A stretch of 64,000 bases of DNA from Candidatus Latescibacterota bacterium (GTDB lineage Bacteria > Latescibacterota > CBDEFO01), in NCBI GenBank assembly GCA_965248755.1, contig OZ252149.1:1984001-2048000 (forward strand), written 5' to 3'. A program made the position numbers and the translations under genes. Shown one piece after another: positions 60,009-64,000 of this stretch. The notes under the pieces are model-generated. The model saw only the letters and a program-made list of their open reading frames with translations. It was not told the origin of the DNA and did not search any database. Each line of letters starts with the position of its first letter. The stretch's first letter is position 1.

Positions 60009-63000
60009 ATGAGATGTGCAATCCTATACACGGCTCTGACGCTGTTAGTCACTTTGAATACGTCTGCCTATGCGCAGGATCTTTTCGGACCTCCAATTAA
60101 CTATGCCGCTGGGTCTGATTCCCGGTCAGTATTCAGTGCAGATTTAGATGGGGATGGAGATAGTGACCTAGCTGTGGCTAATTGGAACAGCGATAATGTG
60201 TCAATATTCTTGAACAACGGAGATGCGCAATTTGCACCTAAGGTCGACTATAGCGTTGAGGATGGTCCCCAGTCAGTATTCGTTGCAGATTTAGATGGGG
60301 ATGGAGATAATGACTTAGCTGTTGCTAATAATAACAGCGATAATGTATCAGTTTTGTTGAATAATGGGAATGGCTCATTTGCACCTAAGGTGAACTATCC
60401 CGCTGGGGATGGTTCCCAATCAGTATTCAGTGTTGATTTAGACGGGGATGGAGATAATGACCTAGCTGTTGCTAATTGGGGAAATGGTAGTGGTAATACT
60501 GTATCAGTTTTGTTGAATAATGGAGATGGTACCATTTGCACCTAAAGTGGACTATGGTGTTGGGAATGGTCCCACATCAATCTTCAGTGTGGATTTAGAT
60601 GGTGATGGAGATAATGACCTTGCTGTGGCTAATTGGAACAATGGTAATGTATCAGTGTTGCTGAATAATGGGAATGGGACATTTGCACCTAAAGTGGACT
60701 ATGTTGGGAATGGTCCCTATTCAGTGTTCGGTATGGATTTAGATAAAGATGGTGACAATGACTTAGCTGTGGCTGATAGGGCTGATGGTAACGTGTCAGT
60801 GTTATTGAATAATGGGAATGGGACATTTGCACCTAAAGTGGACTATGTTGTTGGGAGCCAGCCCTATTCAGTATTCAGTGTGGATTTGGATAGAGATGGT
60901 GACAATGACTTAGTTGTAGCTAATTTTGGCAGCGGTACTGTCTCAACATTGTTGAACAACGGAGATGGGCAATTTTCACCAAAGGTGGAGTATAACGCCG
61001 GAGATGGCCCCATATCAGTGTTCAGTGCAGATTTAGATGGAGATGGAGATAACGACTTGGCTGTGGCTAATTGGTTCAGCAATAATGTATCAGTGTTGTT
61101 GAATCGCTCTGTTGTGCCTGTCGTGACATCTATTGATCCCACTTCTGGCACAGAATCGGGCGGTACAGCTGTGACGATAACGGGAAGCAATTTCCAAAGC
61201 GGAGCGACTGTTGATTTCGATGGTAGCATAGCCGATAGTGTAGTCGTAGTCTCCGATAGCATCATTACTGCTGTGACACCCGCTCATCCTGCTGGTACTG
61301 TGAGTACAATAGTCACAAATCCCGATGGTCAGGCGGATACGCTTAAGTATGGATTTGGGTTTGGTGAGCTCTCTATTAACACCAAGATTGCCTTTTGGTC
61401 ACTCCGCGATGGCAACCGGGAGATCTACGTGATGAACGTAGACGGGACAAATCAGGTCAATTTGACTAACAACCCGGCGGAGGACAACTACCCTGCTTGG
61501 TCACCTGACGGGACGAAGATCGCCTTTGAATCATTCCGCGATGGCAACGGTGAAATCTACGTGATGGACTCAGACGGGACAAACCCCGTCAATCTGACCA
61601 ATCACCCGGCGGATGACGGAAGATCTTCCTGGTATCCTGGACCTTCGTGGTCGCCAGACGGGACGAGGATCGCCTTCGTCTCAACCCGCGATGGCAACGA
61701 CGAAATCTACGTGATGGGCGCAGATGGAACAAACCAGACACGGTTGACCAACAACCCAGCGCATGACCAAGAGCCTTCCTGGTCTCCTGATGGGACGAAG
61801 ATCGCCTTTCATTCAGTACGCGATGTCAACACTGAAATCTACGTAATGAACGCAGATGGAACAAACCAGGTTAATCTGACCAACAACCCAGCGAATGACT
61901 ACGTCCCTTCTTGGTCTCCTGATGGGACGAAAATCGCTTTTCATTCAAATCGTGATGGCAACTGGGAGATCCACGTGATGAACGCAGACGGGTCAAACCC
62001 CGTCAATCTGACTAACAACACGGCGCAGGACGAACGACCTCGTTGGTCACCATTTCTCTCTGCTGTTTTACCTGTAGAGACAGTCTCCGTCAGTCTCCCA
62101 AACACATTTGTCTTTATCGGCGGTACACTTTCAGTTCCTGTCGTTATCACAGAGGATGTGACAGGACTTGGAATCATCTCAACCCAGATGAACATCAGTT
62201 ATGATTCAGATGTTGTAAAGGCAACAGATGTAACATTGGCAGGAACACTGACCCAAGGTTGGGAGATAGAGGACACAGTCGCAACTGGCATTGGGACATC
62301 CATAGATACCGTCAAGATTGCAATAGCGACTCCGGGACCTGATACATTATCAGGGTCGGGAGGTCTTGTATTTATCAAATTTGCGGTCTCCGATTCGGCG
62401 GTCATCGGTGATTCCACAGCATTAGCTTTTGAGGAATTCTTTCTCAACGAAGGCGATCCAGTGGCAATTACACAGAATGGGTCTGTGCGAATTATCAGAG
62501 GATTGTTAGGAGATGTCAGCGGCAACGGGAGAGTAATGGCATTTGATGCTGCTTTGGTGCTTCAATCCACAGTCGGTCTCTTTGTAATTTCTGACACTAT
62601 GGCAGCGGACGTAAGTGGAGATGGCACTATAAGCCCCTTTGATGCCTCTTTGATACTAAGGTTTGTTGTTGGGATAATAACCCAGTTTCCTGCTGAGACA
62701 GGAGGCCCCTCTAAGGTCGTACTTGGTGAAAGGATTATCAGTTTAGGTGATATCGAGGCTTTGTCTGATGAACGCTTTGCAGTCCCTGTCCTCATAGATG
62801 AAATGGACGGTGTCGTATCAGGTCAGCTTGAACTATCTTTCGATCCGACCAAGCTTAAAGCCTTAGATGCCACGACATCTGATCTAACTTCGGATTATCT
62901 TTACGCCTATAACGCTCAAGATGGCAGATTAAGGCTATCGTTTGCAGGGATAGAATCGGTTGAAGGCAGCGGTAGGATCGCAGAGATTATATTTGAGTCT

Positions 63001-63390
63001 GTAGATTCGGGGATTGAGACTATTGGTGAGATTGATCTAATTTCTGCTAAATTGAACGAGGGTCTCTTTAGTGTGGTTATATCCCAATTTGAGGGTATTT
63101 CCGATGTTCCTGACAGCTATTCATTGTATCAGAACTATCCCAACCCATTTAACCCTCAGACAGTAATCCATTATGACCTTCCTGTTGGGAGCCAAGTTCA
63201 GCTATCTGTCTTCAATTTAATGGGGCAGAAGGTTGCAACATTGGTGGATGGTTACAGATCAGTCGGTAGCTACTCTGTTGTATGGGATGGCAAGGATGAT
63301 AAGGGAAAGAACGTTGCCAGCGGAGTCTATCTGTATCGGATGGAAACGGATGGATTTGTGAGAACTAGGAAGCTGATATTGATGCGGTGA
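60009..63390 (+). CDS. secreted multidomain protein: FG-GAP repeats + IPT/TIG + PD40 propeller + cohesin-dockerin-cohesin + FlgD/T9SS-type C-terminal domain; 1-nt frameshift near 60533
   Basis: DLDGDGDNDLAVAN repeats; VTSIDPTSG..GGT.VTITGSNF; WSPDGTKIAF repeats; duplicated dockerin GDVSGNG..AFDA/ADVSGDG..PFDA; QNYPNPFNP...GVYLYRM...RKL. GGTACCATTTGCA has one extra base relative to the sister repeats. Confidence 0.85.
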
Positions 63391-63525
63391 ACCCCGTAGC
63401 TCCGTAATGAAGGAGACTGGTTATCCTGCAAGACCCTGTGTTGGAATCAGATGAAGATGTAGCTGTTCAAATGAGCGCGCATCACTCCGAAGACACGAGA
63501 CATCGGGCAAAATAAGGAGATACTC

Positions 63526-64000
63526 ATGACACGAGAGGAAATGAAATACTACTTCCAGGGGCCGCTTGCCACCGTTCCGACCCCCTTCGACGATCAGTAC
63601 GAGATTGACTACGGTCTGATGTACGAGATGACCCAGTGGTGGGTTGAGCAGGGCTTGGTAGCCGGCAAGTCAGCTATCAAAGTGGCGGCGGCAATGGGCG
63701 AGGGGCCGTCGCTTCGTGACGATGAGTGGCCTTACTTGCTGAGAACCGTCGTCAACGCAGCCAACGGCAAGGCATCTGTCCTCTGCGGCACCCAGCACAA
63801 GGACACAGTGCGGTCGATAGAAGATGCCAGGCGGGCGCAGGATATGGGAGCTATGGGATTGCAGGTTCCACTGCCGGTATTCAATCATCCGACACAGGAC
63901 GATCTGTACCGCCACTACGCTGCGATCTCAGATGCTGTGGACATCGGCATTATGCTCTACAACACCTTCTGGTACGGATGTGAGAGCGTGACCATAGAAA
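63526..64000 (+). CDS. dihydrodipicolinate synthase (DapA/NanA) family protein, runs off the window
   Basis: AAGGAG RBS; MTREEMKYYFQGPLATVPTPFDD...AAAMGEG..L...E...IMLYN. Not in the ORF track because it has no stop within the window. Confidence 0.85.
   Translation, partial: MTREEMKYYFQGPLATVPTPFDDQYEIDYGLMYEMTQWWVEQGLVAGKSAIKVAAAMGEGPSLRDDEWPYLLRTVVNAANGKASVLCGTQHKDTVRSIEDARRAQDMGAMGLQVPLPVFNHPTQDDLYRHYAAISDAVDIGIMLYNTFWYGCESVTIE

Noticed and set aside
60070..62050. CRISPR-like or non-coding periodic repeats
   Set aside because: They are in-frame FG-GAP and PD40 protein repeats.

Overview
Bacterial chromosomal window with moderate GC. The gene content (FlgD/T9SS-type C-terminal domain, cohesin/dockerin, CRTAC1/ASPIC-UnbV, DUF6785-type transporters) suggests an FCB-related lineage such as Latescibacterota or KSB1; this is inference only. 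Housekeeping and metabolic genes include speE-type, oppCDF, manA, comM, folP, ftsH, tilS, tRNA-Glu, SDRs and a corrinoid protein. Accessory DNA is interleaved with them. The left end is a defence neighbourhood: a frameshifted SIR2-family gene beside a possible att site, a PLD-SNF2 helicase coupled to a Type IIG-like adenine MTase with an AT-rich specificity region, and hicBA. There is an intact-looking IS1380 and an IS481-like remnant. A decayed lambda-O-like replication gene still carries 4x22-bp iterons. A TPR-CRTAC1 pair precedes two tandem-duplicated transporters that differ mainly in short segments. A secreted FG-GAP/IPT/PD40/cohesin-dockerin-cohesin protein lies near the right end. Three families of short intergenic palindromes occur. 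One of them, CCCCGATAGATTCAATCGGGG, has 5 copies, is nested inside itself once, and sits at a gene breakpoint and at an island edge. About ten short gene slivers are scattered between intact genes. No CRISPR array or rRNA was seen. All family calls come from motif recognition by eye; no database searches were run.
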